Assembly (NCBI GenBank): GCA_964016885.1
Contig: OZ024754.1
Location: 13,392,001-13,456,000, forward strand
DNA from: Eledone cirrhosa
Lineage: Eukaryota
Length of the DNA stretch: 64,000 bases
Reading direction: 5' to 3'
Both the position numbers and the translations under genes were made by a program. Under the pieces are notes generated by a model. It searched no databases. It saw only the letters and a list, made by a program, of their open reading frames with translations, and was not told the DNA's origin. This document shows, piece by piece, positions 1 to 19,142 of this stretch (positions are counted from its first letter, which is position 1; each line of letters begins with the position of its first letter).

Positions 1-636
1 TGGTATATCTCAGCTGTGGTAGGGAGTGGTAGACTCTACACCCCAGTCTAGGTGGTATATCTCAGCTGTGGTAGGGAGTGACAGACTCTACACCCCAGTC
101 TAGGTGGTATATCTCAGCTGTGGTATGGAGTGGTAGACTCTACACCCCAGTCTAGGTGGTATATCTCAGCTGTGGTAGGGAGTAGTAGACTCTACACCCC
201 AGTCTAGGTGGTATATCTCAGCTGTGGTAGGGAGTGACAGACTCTACACCCCAGTCTAGGTGGTATATCTCAGCTGTGGTAGGGAGTGACAGACTCTACA
301 CCCCAGTCTAGGTGATATATCCCAGCTGTGGTAGGGAGTGACAGACTCTACACCCCAGTCTAGGTGGTATATCTCAGCTGTGGTAGGGAGTGGTAGACTC
401 TACACCCCAGTCTAGGTGGTATATCTCAGCTGTGGTAGGGAGTGATAGACTCTACACTCCAGTCTAGGTGGTATATCTCAGCTGTGGTAGGGAGTGACAG
501 ACTCTACACCCCAGTCCAGGTGGTATATCTCAGCTGTGGTAGGGAGTGACAGACTCTACACCCCAGTCTAGGTGGTATATCTCAGCTGTGGTAGGGAGTG
601 ACAGACTCTACACCCCAGTCTAGGTGGTATATCTCA
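1..636. repeat. 52-bp tandem minisatellite, ~12 copies, runs off the window start
   Basis: Unit tggtatatctcagctgtggtagggagtgRYagactctacaccccagtctagg recurs at 1, 53, 105... with few substitutions and no spacers. Confidence 0.95.
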
Positions 637-679
637 AAAACGATATTGCCGCCATCGCCTCCGCTACAGTCGTCCTTCC

Positions 680-692
680 AACCACCACCACC

Positions 693-724
<32 letters not shown>

Positions 725-942
725 CAACAACATCTTTACCATTATCAACTTCATCATCGTCAACATGACCGCCACCATCATTATACTCATCATCATGATC
801 ATCATCATCACCATCACCATCATAATCATCATCATCTCTCCCAACACAGACGCAATATTGCAGGTGACGTTGCCGCCATAGATGTAGTTACAACCAGCAG
901 CACTACCACCATCATCATCGTCATCGTCATCACCACCATCAC

Positions 943-982
<40 letters not shown>

Positions 983-1069
983 GTCCTCATCCGCATCACC
1001 ATCATCATCATCATCGTCATCGTCATCACCATCACCATCATCATCATCATCATCATCGTCCTCATCGTC

Positions 1070-1114
<45 letters not shown>

Positions 1115-1115
1115 G

Positions 1116-1153
<38 letters not shown>

Positions 1154-1154
1154 G

Positions 1155-1192
<38 letters not shown>

Positions 1193-1590
1193 GTCATCGT
1201 CATCACCATCATCATCATCATCATCATCATCACCACCATCACCATCACCACCACCATCACCATCATGGTCCACAACATCACCATCATCATCGTCGTCATC
1301 ATCACCACCATCATCATCACCACCACCATCACCATCATCACCATCATGGTCCACAACATCATCATCATCATCATCATCGACATCATCATCACCATCGTCA
1401 CCACCATCATCATCACCACCATCGTCACCACCATCATCATCGTCACCATCATCATCATCACCATCACCATCATCATCATCATGGTCCACAACATCATCAT
1501 CATCATCATCATCGACATCATCATCACCATCGTCACCATCATCATCATCACCATCACCATCGTCACCACCATCACCATCATCGTCGTCGT
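680..1590. repeat. Compound trinucleotide microsatellite (ACC/AAC/CAT)n
   Basis: Directly visible; explains the poly-D, poly-M and poly-I ORFs. Confidence 0.95.
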
Positions 1591-1794
1591 AGTCGGTGTC
1601 GTTAACATCGATCCTCATCAATATACATAAAATGTCTTAGAAGTTATATAAGAGCAAGCTGTGTTAATCGTGAAACTGATACAGATGGCAGCGGATGTTG
1701 GCGGGGCGTGTTGTTATACGGGTTGCTTATACCAATATATCTGTCTGTGTGTGTATAAGTACATAATCGGTATAGAATTCATATATATATATAT

Positions 1795-1900
1795 AGGAAA
1801 ATGTTTAACCCCGACGGCAGAGCTCAAGCCGTTTCGACGGCTATTTCCCGACTCTGGTGCGTTATGGTCCATCTGGTTCCTTACCACACTTCTTTCGTTA
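1795..1900. mobile_element. Short PLE-terminal fragment in (TA)n; family shared with 20442-20592, 28780-28980 and 37081-37535
   Basis: Shared sequences ccgacggcagagctcaagccgtttcgac and ctctggtgcgttatggtcca.ctggttccttaccacacttc; flanked by TA repeats. Confidence 0.65.
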
Positions 1901-1905
1901 TATAC

Positions 1906-1936
<31 letters not shown>

Positions 1937-2024
1937 ATTATGTGTGTGTGTGTGTGTGAGTGTGTAAGTATCTTACTGGTATAGGATTCATATACATATA
2001 TATATATACGGGTGTATGTATGTA

Positions 2025-2200
2025 TAACTGGTAACATGTAACCCAGTACAACCTGTGACGTGGTCGGGTCGTCGGCGACTAAACCGGCAACCCCCACCAA
2101 GTTTACTTGGTGAGGAGAGTGATTTTGGAGATCCTGCAGGACAAAAAACAAAACCTGACAAAGGGCGGAAGAACTCATGAGAGTCAACGGCCATTCAAAA
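2025..2200 (+). repeat. Interspersed repeat shared with 27585-28090, possibly derived from an RTE-type LINE 5' UTR
   Basis: ggtaacatgta.cccagtacaacctg...ggcgactaaac.ggcaacccc...cctgcaggac.aaaaacaaaacctg.caaagggc present at both loci; the RTE origin is inference. Confidence 0.55.
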
Positions 2201-2621
2201 GTGTGTACACATGTACATATGTATGTGTATGTATATGTGTATATACATGTATGCATGTGTATGAATAAGCGCGAGACGAGGTGGCTGGTATAAACAAACG
2301 AGACAACAACACACGCACACAGTGGCATTCGAACGATTGTTATTGTGTCTTTAGCGCCCCGACAATCCACCGACCAACAAGCGACCAGGCAGACTACTAC
2401 ACTGCTAGTACCAAAGACTAGTACATATAGGTAGTACAATGTACTGACAGCTAGCGACATCCAACTCCCAAAATAAAAAGGAGCTGCTTCGACCTTTGCT
2501 TGACCGCACCTATTCCGCGCACACGTGCGCTCTACAAAATATCTCAGTTACGCACACACCGCGGACAACAGAGGCCTCGTGCCGTTCCTCTCCGACAGAT
2601 ATCTTTCTTCCCTGGAAAACC

Positions 2622-2655
2622 CCCCAGTTGATGGATGCGAATCCGAAATATAGGG
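2622..2655 (+). ncRNA. Degenerate minimal hammerhead motif in a PLE-end family also present at 31812-32160
   Basis: ccc-CAGTTGA-t-ggat(gcga)atcc-GAAA-TA-TA-ggg; stems I and II are intact with a GNRA loop, but the core has 2 mismatches to CTGATGA. Confidence 0.4.
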
Positions 2656-3060
2656 ACAATTAAATCTCTCCCAAGGTAACTCTATCTCGTGTTATTATTT
2701 TTATTTTTTACGCTCTTTCCTACGTTCCTCTACACACTATACACCTCATCCTACATTTCCTCTTACACCTCTCTCTTCACCACCAGATTCTGTTACCCGG
2801 AGATTTACCCATCTGCATTGTTGAGGCTTCCAAAACGACAAAAAAAAATGTATTATTCCACAATGCTTCAAGCAAACTTCAATACTCTCTTACATATATA
2901 TATATGTGTGTGTGTGTGTGTATGCGTGTGTGTGTATGTGTGTGTGTGTGTAAGTACATAATGGATATAGAATTCATATACATATATGTGCGTGTGTGTG
3001 TGTGTGCGTGTGTGTGCGTGTGTGTATGTGTATTGTGTGTGTGTGTGTGTGTGTGTGTAT

Positions 3061-3650
3061 CTTACTCTTAGGTTTTTCTGTGCCGTTCGGCGCATCGAGC
3101 AGAAAGTATTCGCCAACGGTCACGATCAGCGGCGGGTTTTTCGCGTCTGTGCGAAGTGATATTGGCTGCCATCAGGTAGTTTTGGAACGTTCGTCGCTAA
3201 GTGATCCTGGGGCAACCCCTACCTCCGTTTGGCGCCAGGTGGAGTCCAGTTCATCGATGTTTTCTAGTGTCGTTCGTCGGGCAGGCGCAGAATATGGCCA
3301 GCCAGTCGGCACCGGCGCTCCGCGACCATCTTCTGTAGCGTCCAAGACTCGGCTCTCCGCAGGATTTCTTCGTTTCGCACTCAGTCGCGCCAGGACACAC
3401 GAAGGATCATTCGCAGGCACCGTCTCTCTATCTTTGCTGCGCTCTTCCAGGGTTTGCTCGCGTAAAGCACTGTCGGCAGCACGATGCTCTTGTACAGGCA
3501 CAGCTTGGTCCTGGTGCTGATGCATGAAGATGACCAGACAGGGTGTAACCGCTGGAAAACTGCGGCTCCTTTGACGAACCGACAGTTGATGTCGAGCTAT
3601 GTGTCGTCATTGCTTGCCAAGAAGCTTCCAGGTGTTGCTGCTTGACTCAG
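3061..3650 (-). mobile_element. RTE-clade LINE 3' end, decayed ORF
   Basis: Minus-strand translation across stops and frameshifts gives DINCRFVKGAAVFQRLHPVWSSSCISTRTKLCLYKSIV, RRCRLAGHILRLPDERH*KTSMNWTP and AADRDRWRILSARCAERH, typical of the RTE post-RT C-terminus. Confidence 0.85.
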
Positions 3651-4512
3651 ATCGATGGACCTGTGTTGGACCCGTTGGATCGCTGGACCCGCCAAGAACC
3701 CGGATGTCATTCTTCCTTATTTCTTGAGAAAGAATGCGTCACCCGCTGCTATAGATGATACTATAGTATTCGCAGCAGTCACATTACACCGAGCAGTTGG
3801 CACACAGAACGAAATTCCTATTGATAAAGTGTTTCCGCGTTCGATCTTGATACAGTACAGGCTTGCGTATTTCGCAATTTGATTGTTGATTGAGGTTTCA
3901 CAGAAACCAATCGAAGATATTTTATAATATCTATCGATTAGGCCCAGATTCGAATTAACCTGTTTCTATTTTCGTTGTTGTAGTGGCTGTTGTGGCATTC
4001 TTTACCTAGCCACAGTTTTCAATTTGTCACAACTTTAACGCATGTTTATTACTCTAAGATTTAATCTATCGATTTATCGAGTGCTTATGCAAAGATTGTT
4101 ATATGATCGTGCTATAAGTCTAACCAGTAGCTCGGATTCAAAATTATTTTTATGGTCTTTCATATTTATTCTCGGTGTTTTAGGTATGAAAGGTTCAGTC
4201 CAGTGTTCAATCCCAACTTTTGTGACAATTTATCGTTCAGTTGTTTTTCCTTTTCCGTACAACTTCATTTAGACCGAAATTATGATCCGAATAAGGTGAA
4301 ACAATTGTTCTCGGTAATGGTCAACTAACTGTTGTGGAACTACTTATATATATATATATATGTGTGTGTATATATATATATATATATATTCATTAATTAA
4401 GCAAAACAAGACCACAAATTTCACAAGGAAGACATTATTAAAAGATTGTCAACATAGTTTTAGTTTAATGTAAGGAATGTAGAGAATAATAATAATAATA
4501 CTAATAATGTCC

Positions 4513-4631
4513 GTTTACAATTGTTTCGCTACTCCATATAATGTTTCTGGATCAAATGATTATAGATCATTATTGATCTGGTTCAGTTGAAGATAATCAA
4601 CTTAGGTAAAATTGGAGCAGTTCATCGGAAC
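4513..4631 (-). ncRNA. Type I hammerhead motif, CCGATGA core, long stem II
   Basis: Minus strand: gtt-CCGATGA-actgctcca...tggagtagc-GAAA-CAATTG-TA-aac, within a TA-flanked island at 4392-4641. Confidence 0.65.
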
Positions 4632-4639
4632 TTCATAAG

Positions 4640-4699
<60 letters not shown>

Positions 4700-4702
<3 letters not shown>

Positions 4703-5090
4703 ATAGGAAACGGAGAATCAGTGTTGCGACGAATAAAATGTATTAGATATATTGCAATCGTTTCTCTGGCGACCGGATCGAGGCACGATCGATGTAATGA
4801 TCGAACCTGACTCTGAAATCGCAAGGTCCTCATATACGAAGCAGAGTTTCGTAGAATCGAGACGTATCTGAGGACCTTGTGATTTCAGAGTCAGGTTCGA
4901 TGATTACATCGATCGTGCCTCGATCTGGTCAACAGAGAAACGATTGTAATATGTATAATACATTTTATTCGTCGCAACACTGATTCTTCGTTTCTTATGT
5001 GATATCATACTCTGCTCTGTAAGAGCATCGAGTGCTCAAACGGAATACTGCTTACGGACGCTTTAAGCATCCAAGACCAATTTTATAAAT
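4700..5090 (+). mobile_element. Fold-back PLE-terminal element in (TA)n
   Basis: Inverted arms ~4700-4838 and ~4863-5001, followed by a non-repeated tail (tactctgctctgtaagagcatcgagtgc); TA tracts on both sides. Confidence 0.8.
4862..4954 (+). ncRNA. Type I hammerhead ribozyme
   Basis: acgtat-CTGAGGA-(~60 nt structured stem II)-GAAA-CGATTG-TA-atatgt; 6-bp stem I, GUA triplet. Confidence 0.75.
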
Positions 5091-5099
5091 ATATATATA

Positions 5100-6115
5100 T
5101 GTATATATATAAAATTAAGTATGTGTATGTGTGTCTGTGTGTCTGTGTATTACCTATAGGGGCCTACATCTTACGACCGATTTTCATGAAACTTTACAGA
5201 CTCATAGATTAGTCATCGGGGAGTGTTTTCTATATATAAGCGTATCGTTTTTTTTTATTCCGGGGTCATTCTGCAGATAAAAATCGATAGGGGGTCACCT
5301 TTTTTTAGATATCGAAAAATAAGATTTTTGGCTCTAGCTCCCACATTTTGCCACCGATTTCGTTCAAATTTTAAAGCAAAATAGAATTTATCATTGCACA
5401 TTCTGTTATGGCTCTATATTATGCATTTGTTGTTCAGGGACGGTGTGGCAGCTGCTTAAATATTCAAATGTACCACTTTTAGACTCAAATTTCCACTTTT
5501 TCGGTTCTATCTCCCACATTAATTAACTTACTTTGTTCAAATTTTACACTACGCTAGATCTGATTATTTCACGTCTTAAATTGGCTTTACGTCTTGGATT
5601 TCTTTGTTAAATAACGGCATAGCAGCCGCTTAAATATTCTAAAATATCACCTTTTCGCTCAAATTTCCGCCTTTTCGGCTCTAGCTCCCACATTTTTCAA
5701 CCGATTCCGTTCAAATTCGAAACTTCGGCTCCACCTCACACATAAATCAATTTATTTGGTTCAACTTTTATACTACGATAGAACCTATTATTGCACATCT
5801 TATAGATGGTCAAAAGCAAAACGGTGGCCACTGACGTCGTGTGAGCTTTTAGTTGTGTATTTTAGAATTCATCGGTTTCCAATCAAGTAGCGTGAGGAAA
5901 TTTGGGTTAGTGTTACAGGTCATTACCTCCCTCATCCAACATGCCCCTTCGTCAGTCACCCGCGTTTCTCAGTGATAGAGGTCATCACCACCCTCCCCCG
6001 CATGGCCTGTGTGTGGCCATAGATGAGTCATCGAGAAGCAGTCGCTAAGATCAACACCTTTTCATCAAAGCAGATATTATTTTACCTACCCAGGCAACGC
6101 TGGGTACTGCTGCTA

Positions 6116-6116
<1 letters not shown>
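5100..6116 (+). mobile_element. Non-autonomous Helitron
   Basis: 5' tatatatataaaa followed by GT/GTCT repeats; 3' hairpin acccaggcaacgctgggt then CTAG|T at 6113-6117; internal repeats ggctctagctcccacatt. Confidence 0.75.
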
Positions 6117-6165
<49 letters not shown>

Positions 6166-6385
6166 AACGACACATAGCTAGGTAGGTAACTAAATAAAGT
6201 TGACCAGAACTTCAAAAATAGATACCTTATAATATGATTAATCTTCCCTGTATATATTCCATTAAAGAAATATACTTCACCAATTAATCAGATGGTAAAC
6301 CACGGGTGATATGGTGCATGTCTTTCTGGCATGACACGCATAATTTTGATTTAGATTAAATTCATTTGATTTATCTTAATTTTGG

Positions 6386-7239
<854 letters not shown>

Positions 7240-7719
7240 ATTTACACATACACCAATTAAACAAAGTCACAGGTATATATGTGTTTTTGCAACTTTTCAC
7301 GATGTGGCTCACTGGAGAATTATTAAATTAATCAGAACGAAATACTATAGAGTAAAGCATGTCCAGAACAGAGAATTATTTAAATTTTTACCTAATTATG
7401 TATGGTTGGCCGTGTATTTAATTAATTTCCATGTGCTGTCGAAATGTTGGGTAAATATTCTATAGCGGTTGCACGCGAAGACGCCACGATGGAGTATTTA
7501 TTTACTGTTTCTTCATAGATGCCTTTTATTCTTATAGCTTTTATTCTAATTGATTTTTTCTGTGGTTAATTATGCTGATTGGGAGTAGAGATGATGTATA
7601 TATATTATCAAATAATTCTCTGGACATGCTTTACTCTATAGTATATATATATACAGTAATATATATATGTATACTCACTTTTACTGCCCTATTGAAATGT
7701 GTCCCAATCTATGTGCATA

Positions 7720-11020
<3,301 letters not shown>

Positions 11021-11081
11021 TATACGTTATTCCGGGTTGAATCGGAGGTAACCACAGTAAGTAAGGTACTCAATACATAGC

Positions 11082-11132
11082 AGATTCCTGATGATTTCTA
11101 ATGAATGAAACAGTTCTAGTCCTGTAGAATCT
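11082..11132 (+). ncRNA. Hammerhead ribozyme in a minimal (~125 bp) PLE remnant at 11025-11148
   Basis: agattc-CTGATGA-tttc(taat)gaat-GAAA-CAG(ttctagtc)CTG-TA-gaatct; the same family as the GIY-YIG element at 19.1-20.4 kb. Confidence 0.8.
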
Positions 11133-11147
11133 CATCTATATTAAAAC

Positions 11148-11263
<116 letters not shown>

Positions 11264-11351
11264 TACACACATATATGTATATATATATATATACACACAT
11301 ATATATTTATATATATATGTATATATATGTATGTATATATATATGTATATA

Positions 11352-11436
<85 letters not shown>

Positions 11437-12821
11437 AGCATATGTGTGTGTGTGTACATGTTTGTGCGTTAATGTTTTGGGAGTTTGTGCGCATGTGTGT
11501 GCATATTTGAATCAAATCTGTTTTTTTTCTATTTGTATATGACAAAATATTTACTTTTGTCAGCGTATGTTAAACTCAACAAAGCTTGTTCTTCCGTACA
11601 CATGCATAGACACACGCATGCATTTACACACTCAAACGCAATCAGACACATTCAATACACATATATATATTTATATACATAAACATATACATATATTCTC
11701 GTAACATTTACTCTCATACATATGTAATTTCTCTTGGTTAATTCGTGCTATACAAACATACACTCAAGTACACTCACGAGTTGAATCAGACAGAGCTTCA
11801 GGATTGCTGATAAATTCTTATAGATATCGTTTAAACAATATTTCCCCTTACTCTGTGTATGTAGCTGAGACAGTGAGTATATATACCGAAGATGTCGCTG
11901 GTAGCATAGTTAAACAGTTTCGGAGTTCGCCTCCTAGTCATTAAGTCTCGGCTTTGATCCCTATGTGTGCCTGTAATTTAATTGAACGAACTTCTCAGTT
12001 AATTTGTCATGCTGAATCTTTCTGAGAATTGTGTTAAGTATACACACGTGTGTGTATGTGTGTGTGTGTGTGGGGGGGGGGGGGGTTATATTCAGTCACT
12101 TACACATTTATTTCGGGAGCAGGTTATTCCTTCACAGATTGTGACGTGCTGTATCTTCCTGAGAATTGCCTTAAGGGTACACGTATGTGTGTGGAACATG
12201 CAACCACTTATACATTTATTTCATACGCAGACTATCCCGTTGATAAAAACAACTGGAACAATCATCGTCGAAACTGACGGAGATCCATTCTATTCCAGGT
12301 ATTCCGATACTTAGAAGCCCATATCTCTCCTCAAATTTCAAATATTTCCACCTCTACAGACAAAATTGTTTGTCTACCAAGAGGAAATAATGAATTAATA
12401 GATATTTTCCTAGCTATAAAGAAATTAAACCTTGTAAATATCTACTTATACCAAATCTCAGGAGTCGAATCGAAAGTATTTGATGATTTAAAAAGAAAAC
12501 GAGAATGATTTGCAGCCGACATTAACGTCAAAAAGTAAAAAAATTAACAATAAAAATAATGGGAAAAACTAAAGTTAATACAACATGACCAAAACATTGG
12601 TATGACTATTGTAACGAGAATATCGGGAAGAACAGGACAATAAAGTAGGTTAGCAAAACAAGCAAATAACTGAGTATGCAATACCAACAAAAGGTGGAAA
12701 TATATATATATATATGTATGCATACACACACACACATACACACACAACACACACACGTATATATACGTATATGTATATGTATCTCTCTTTATCTATCTAT
12801 CTATATATATATATATATATA

Positions 12822-13320
12822 TACAAAATGTTAAAACGATCAAATTTTAGTTTAGAACATTTATTTGCTGGCAATTGTTTCTTCCAGTGGGAAGGCTGGA
12901 ATCATCGGAGCATAGGGAATGTCGAAACAAATAGATGTTATGTTTGAGAGAACACAATTACAGGCAGCACTTTCTGCTTATACCTTTTACACTTTCAACA
13001 AGTGCAGCCTGTAATTGTGTTCTCTCAAGCATAACATCTATTTAACTCCTGACTCTCCACATGATGCCTTTGACACTAATAACAATTATGTACCCTAAAT
13101 GTTCTGAATGACTAGGATTTTAGTCACATGTTTCGACATTCCCTATGCTCCGATGATTCCAGCCTTCCCTCTGGAAGAAACAATTGCCAGTAAATAAATG
13201 TTCTAAACTAAAATTTGATCGTTTTAACACTTTGTATCTCGGCTCTGTAAAACACTTGAAAATTTGCATTGAGCCTGTTGTCATACCGGTAACCGGCTAG
13301 TACTTAGTACTACCCTACAT
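12822..13320 (+). mobile_element. Nested fold-back PLE-terminal element; HHR at 13146-13192 (+) and 12866-12912 (-)
   Basis: Outer arms ~12822-12929 and ~13128-13236, inner arms ~12929-12972 and ~12999-13043. tgct-CCGATGA-ttccag...ctggaa-GAAA-CAATTG-CC-agYa has a GCC triplet and is probably inactive. Confidence 0.75.
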
Positions 13321-13333
13321 ATTTATAGCTGTA

Positions 13334-14321
13334 CTAGCAGTAAAGCCCGGCGTTGCTCGGGGTCGCTCAGTAGCTGTGTTAAAGTTACAATGTTAAGTTT
13401 CTTTCTTGGCTTAAAAACTGTAGTGTCTACTGTGCAGACTTGCATGTGGTGTTTTTGATTAATATTCCCTCAACCAACAATATGCCTTATGAAGTTAAGA
13501 AAACATAACGATAACCCGAATGTTATAACAAAAGAGGATGCTGGGGATAGAAACTGCACTGGTTATTTATTAACAAAGATCGAAAATGTAAACACTGCAA
13601 CGCAGAGAAAAACATTAGCGTAACCAAATTATCAGTTATGTCTGTCTGCACGCCTATATCACCTCTCTGCACGACTGTCTGTCTGCACGCCTATATCACC
13701 TCTCTGCACGACTATCTGTCTGCACGCCTATATCACCTCTCTGCACGACTGTCTGTCTGCACGCCTATATCACCTCTCTGCACGACTGTCTGTCTGCACG
13801 CGTATATCACCTCTCTGCACGACTGTCTGTCTGAACGACTGTCTGTCTGCACGCCTAACGACGAAATATTTGCTTGTTTTACGTAGTCTTTAAATAGACT
13901 TGTTTTCAAGTAAAAATATTGTTTTAAAATGCTTTTAAATGGAAATGAAGCAAAACGGAAGCTTAGTGTTCGAACTGATGAATTTTGCAGGTCAATATTT
14001 TCTGGCTCGACAACTGTTCGTTCGTGTATTGTGTTAATGTCATTTTAAACGCTGAGAAAGCCAGCGTAATTTTTTACGTAAGACGCTCAATGTAAACAGA
14101 ACAAAGGGAAATAACTGATAACTTACGCTCAAAAATCGATACATTATATTCGATTTCGTCACATAGGGTGGGTCAATTTGAAATATTTTTTTTCCGATGT
14201 CTTCGCTAGGGCTCAATGTACAAGTATAGCAATTTCGGTGCAATTCCGTCAGAGATTCTAAGAGGAGATGTGTGCCAAAAATCGATAGACAGACAGACAA
14301 CCACAGTTTTATATATATAGA
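13334..14321 (-). mobile_element. Non-autonomous Helitron with an internal 37-bp minisatellite (13640-13855)
   Basis: Minus strand starts A|TCtatatatataaaac and ends with hairpin cccgagcaacgccggg...CTAG|T; near-identical copy at 38443-39523. Confidence 0.85.
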
Positions 14322-14383
14322 TTAAACATATATAAATATAAATATCCTTATTACTATATATATATGTATCTCTCTTTATATAT

Positions 14384-14419
<36 letters not shown>

Positions 14420-14424
<5 letters not shown>

Positions 14425-14712
14425 GAAAAAGAGATGAAATCGAAAATGCAACTGGAGTCTTATTTTTTTTTTAAATATATATATTTATTTGGTTTCTTTA
14501 CCGGTTTCGCAGAACCACAGACCCTCCATCTCAACTCACCTTTTGAAAAGCAGAAGAACTGCGAAACCGGTAAAGGAACCAAATAAATATATATATTTTT
14601 TTTTTAAATAAGACTCCAGTTGCATTTTCGATTTCATCTCTTTTTCTTTATACTTTCACTCGTGTAGGACACCTCGGTTATTTTTCATTTTGTAAAAAAA
14701 ACCTCACTTTCT
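14420..14712 (+). mobile_element. Fold-back PLE-terminal element; near-identical copy at 15161-15452, diverged copy at 32245-32568
   Basis: Inverted arms around 3' half of an HHR (gc-GAAA-CCGG-TA-aagg); tail tactttcactcgtgtaggacacc; TA-flanked. Confidence 0.75.
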
Positions 14713-15126
14713 AATGGCCATTGCCAATATAAGCTTGTCTTTATTGACTTATATCGAGACAGACAAATTGTATTCACTTTAATTAGTTTATTTCATTAAT
14801 AGCTAACTTTGTCTGTTACAATGCAAACACGTTTTGTGTTTATCATATATTTTAATGTATTTAACTGCTCGGAAATGCCCCTTTTCTTGGAGCTGGATTA
14901 TTGTAAACGACTGAGAGTTTATTCTCAAAATATAATATAGTATATATATATATATATTATGAAAATAAACCAAAGAAGCCTTCAATACATCAAAGGTCTT
15001 TATTAGCCAAAAGTCTTTATTTTCATAATTCTTCGGCTCTGTTTAATTACATTGAGCTATACCTTTACTGTCATTTCTATAATGCGAAGAGGGTGCTTAA
15101 CTCCAACACACTCTAGTATTTTAATT

Positions 15127-15165
<39 letters not shown>

Positions 15166-15474
15166 AAAAAGAGATGAAATCGAAAATGCAACTGGAGTCT
15201 TATTTTTTTTTAAATATATATATTTATTTGGTTTCTTTACCGGTTTCGCAGAACCACAGACCCTCCATCTCAACTCACCTTTTGAAAAGCAGAAGAACCG
15301 CGAAACCGGTAAAGGAACCAAATAAATATATATATTTTTAAAAAAAATAAGACTCCAGTTGCATTTTCGATTTCATCTCTTTTTCTTTATACTTTCACTC
15401 GTGTAGGACACCTCGGTTATTTTTCATTTTGTAAAAAAAACCTCACTTTCTAATATATATATATATATATATAT

Positions 15475-15948
15475 GCAAAAGTTTTAATTAAAATTGTTGG
15501 GTTACAACGAGTAAATATTTTATAACTGATATAAAGCACTCAACAAGTATTGGAGTAGATATACGATATTAAACAAATGGAAACTATATTTATAAAACCA
15601 TATTTATTTCATTATACATATTTCAGGGATACCATATTAGAAATATGGCATGCCTTCTTCAGATAAAATACAATATATAAGCAGTTTTATAAATAAATTT
15701 GACGTACCATAAATATTGTTCAACTTCCATTTAAAAAAGTTGGTTTGGTAGTGAGATGTTTGTAAATATTTAGTGTTAAGCACAGTTAAAAAGAAAGACG
15801 GAGAGAAGGAATAAATGTATTTATAAAACTGCTTATATATTGTATTTTATCTGAAGAAGGCATGCCATATTTCTAATATGGTATCCCTGAAATATGTATA
15901 ATGAAATAAATATGGTTTTATAAATATAGTTTCCATTTGTTTAATATC

Positions 15949-15950
<2 letters not shown>
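15475..15950 (-). mobile_element. Fold-back PLE-terminal element; HHR at 15843-15908 (+) and 15605-15670 (-)
   Basis: tattttat-CTGAAGA-agg.atgccatatt(tct)aatatggtat.cct-GAAA-TATGTA-TA-atgaaata; 8-bp stem I. Confidence 0.8.
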
Positions 15951-16002
<52 letters not shown>

Positions 16003-16164
16003 ATAAACCAAAGAAGCCTTCAATACATCAAAGGTCTTTATTAGCCAAAAGTCTTTATTTTCATAATTCTTCGGCTCTGTTTAATTACATTGAGCTATAC
16101 CTTTACTGTCATTTCTATAATACAAAGAGGGTGTTTAACTCCAACACACTCTAGTATTTTAATT

Positions 16165-16258
<94 letters not shown>

Positions 16259-16314
16259 TATATAGATAGGTAAATATACACGGGTGTGTATGATTGTGTA
16301 TAGAAGATTATATT

Positions 16315-16541
16315 AATAAGAGGAATTCCAACTTTGTCTGATTTACTCGTTTTATTTACAATCCTTTAAAATATATATAATGGTATTATAATGAAATAGT
16401 ATGATAGAATATTAAATTCTAAGTGTTCAATTAACACTTAGAATTTAATATTCTATCATACTATTTCATTATAATACCATTATATATATTTTAAAGGATT
16501 GTAAATAAAACGAGTAAATCAGACAAAGTTGGAATTCCTCT

Positions 16542-16545
<4 letters not shown>
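16315..16545. repeat. Near-perfect palindrome, ~113-bp arms, centre ~16430
   Basis: taataagaggaattccaac...ctaagtgtt-caatt-aacacttag...gttggaattcctcttatta. Confidence 0.9.
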
Positions 16546-19076
<2,531 letters not shown>

Positions 19077-19081
19077 TATAT

Positions 19082-19138
<57 letters not shown>

Positions 19139-19142
<4 letters not shown>

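Noticed and set aside
1-636. CRISPR-like regular array
   Set aside because: Units are contiguous with no unique spacers, there are no cas genes, and the context is eukaryotic; it is a minisatellite. The same applies to 40657-41710 and 44957-45400.
620-1630. 333-aa Asp-rich ORF (aspein-like biomineral protein)
   Set aside because: Pure (CAT)n/(GAT)n microsatellite open in several frames on both strands, with no signal peptide or clear gene structure.
7340-7645. Short terminal inverted repeats (~27 bp) as a MITE or HHR element
   Set aside because: The inverted repeat is real, but I found no ribozyme core, recognisable TIR family or second copy, so it is left unclassified.
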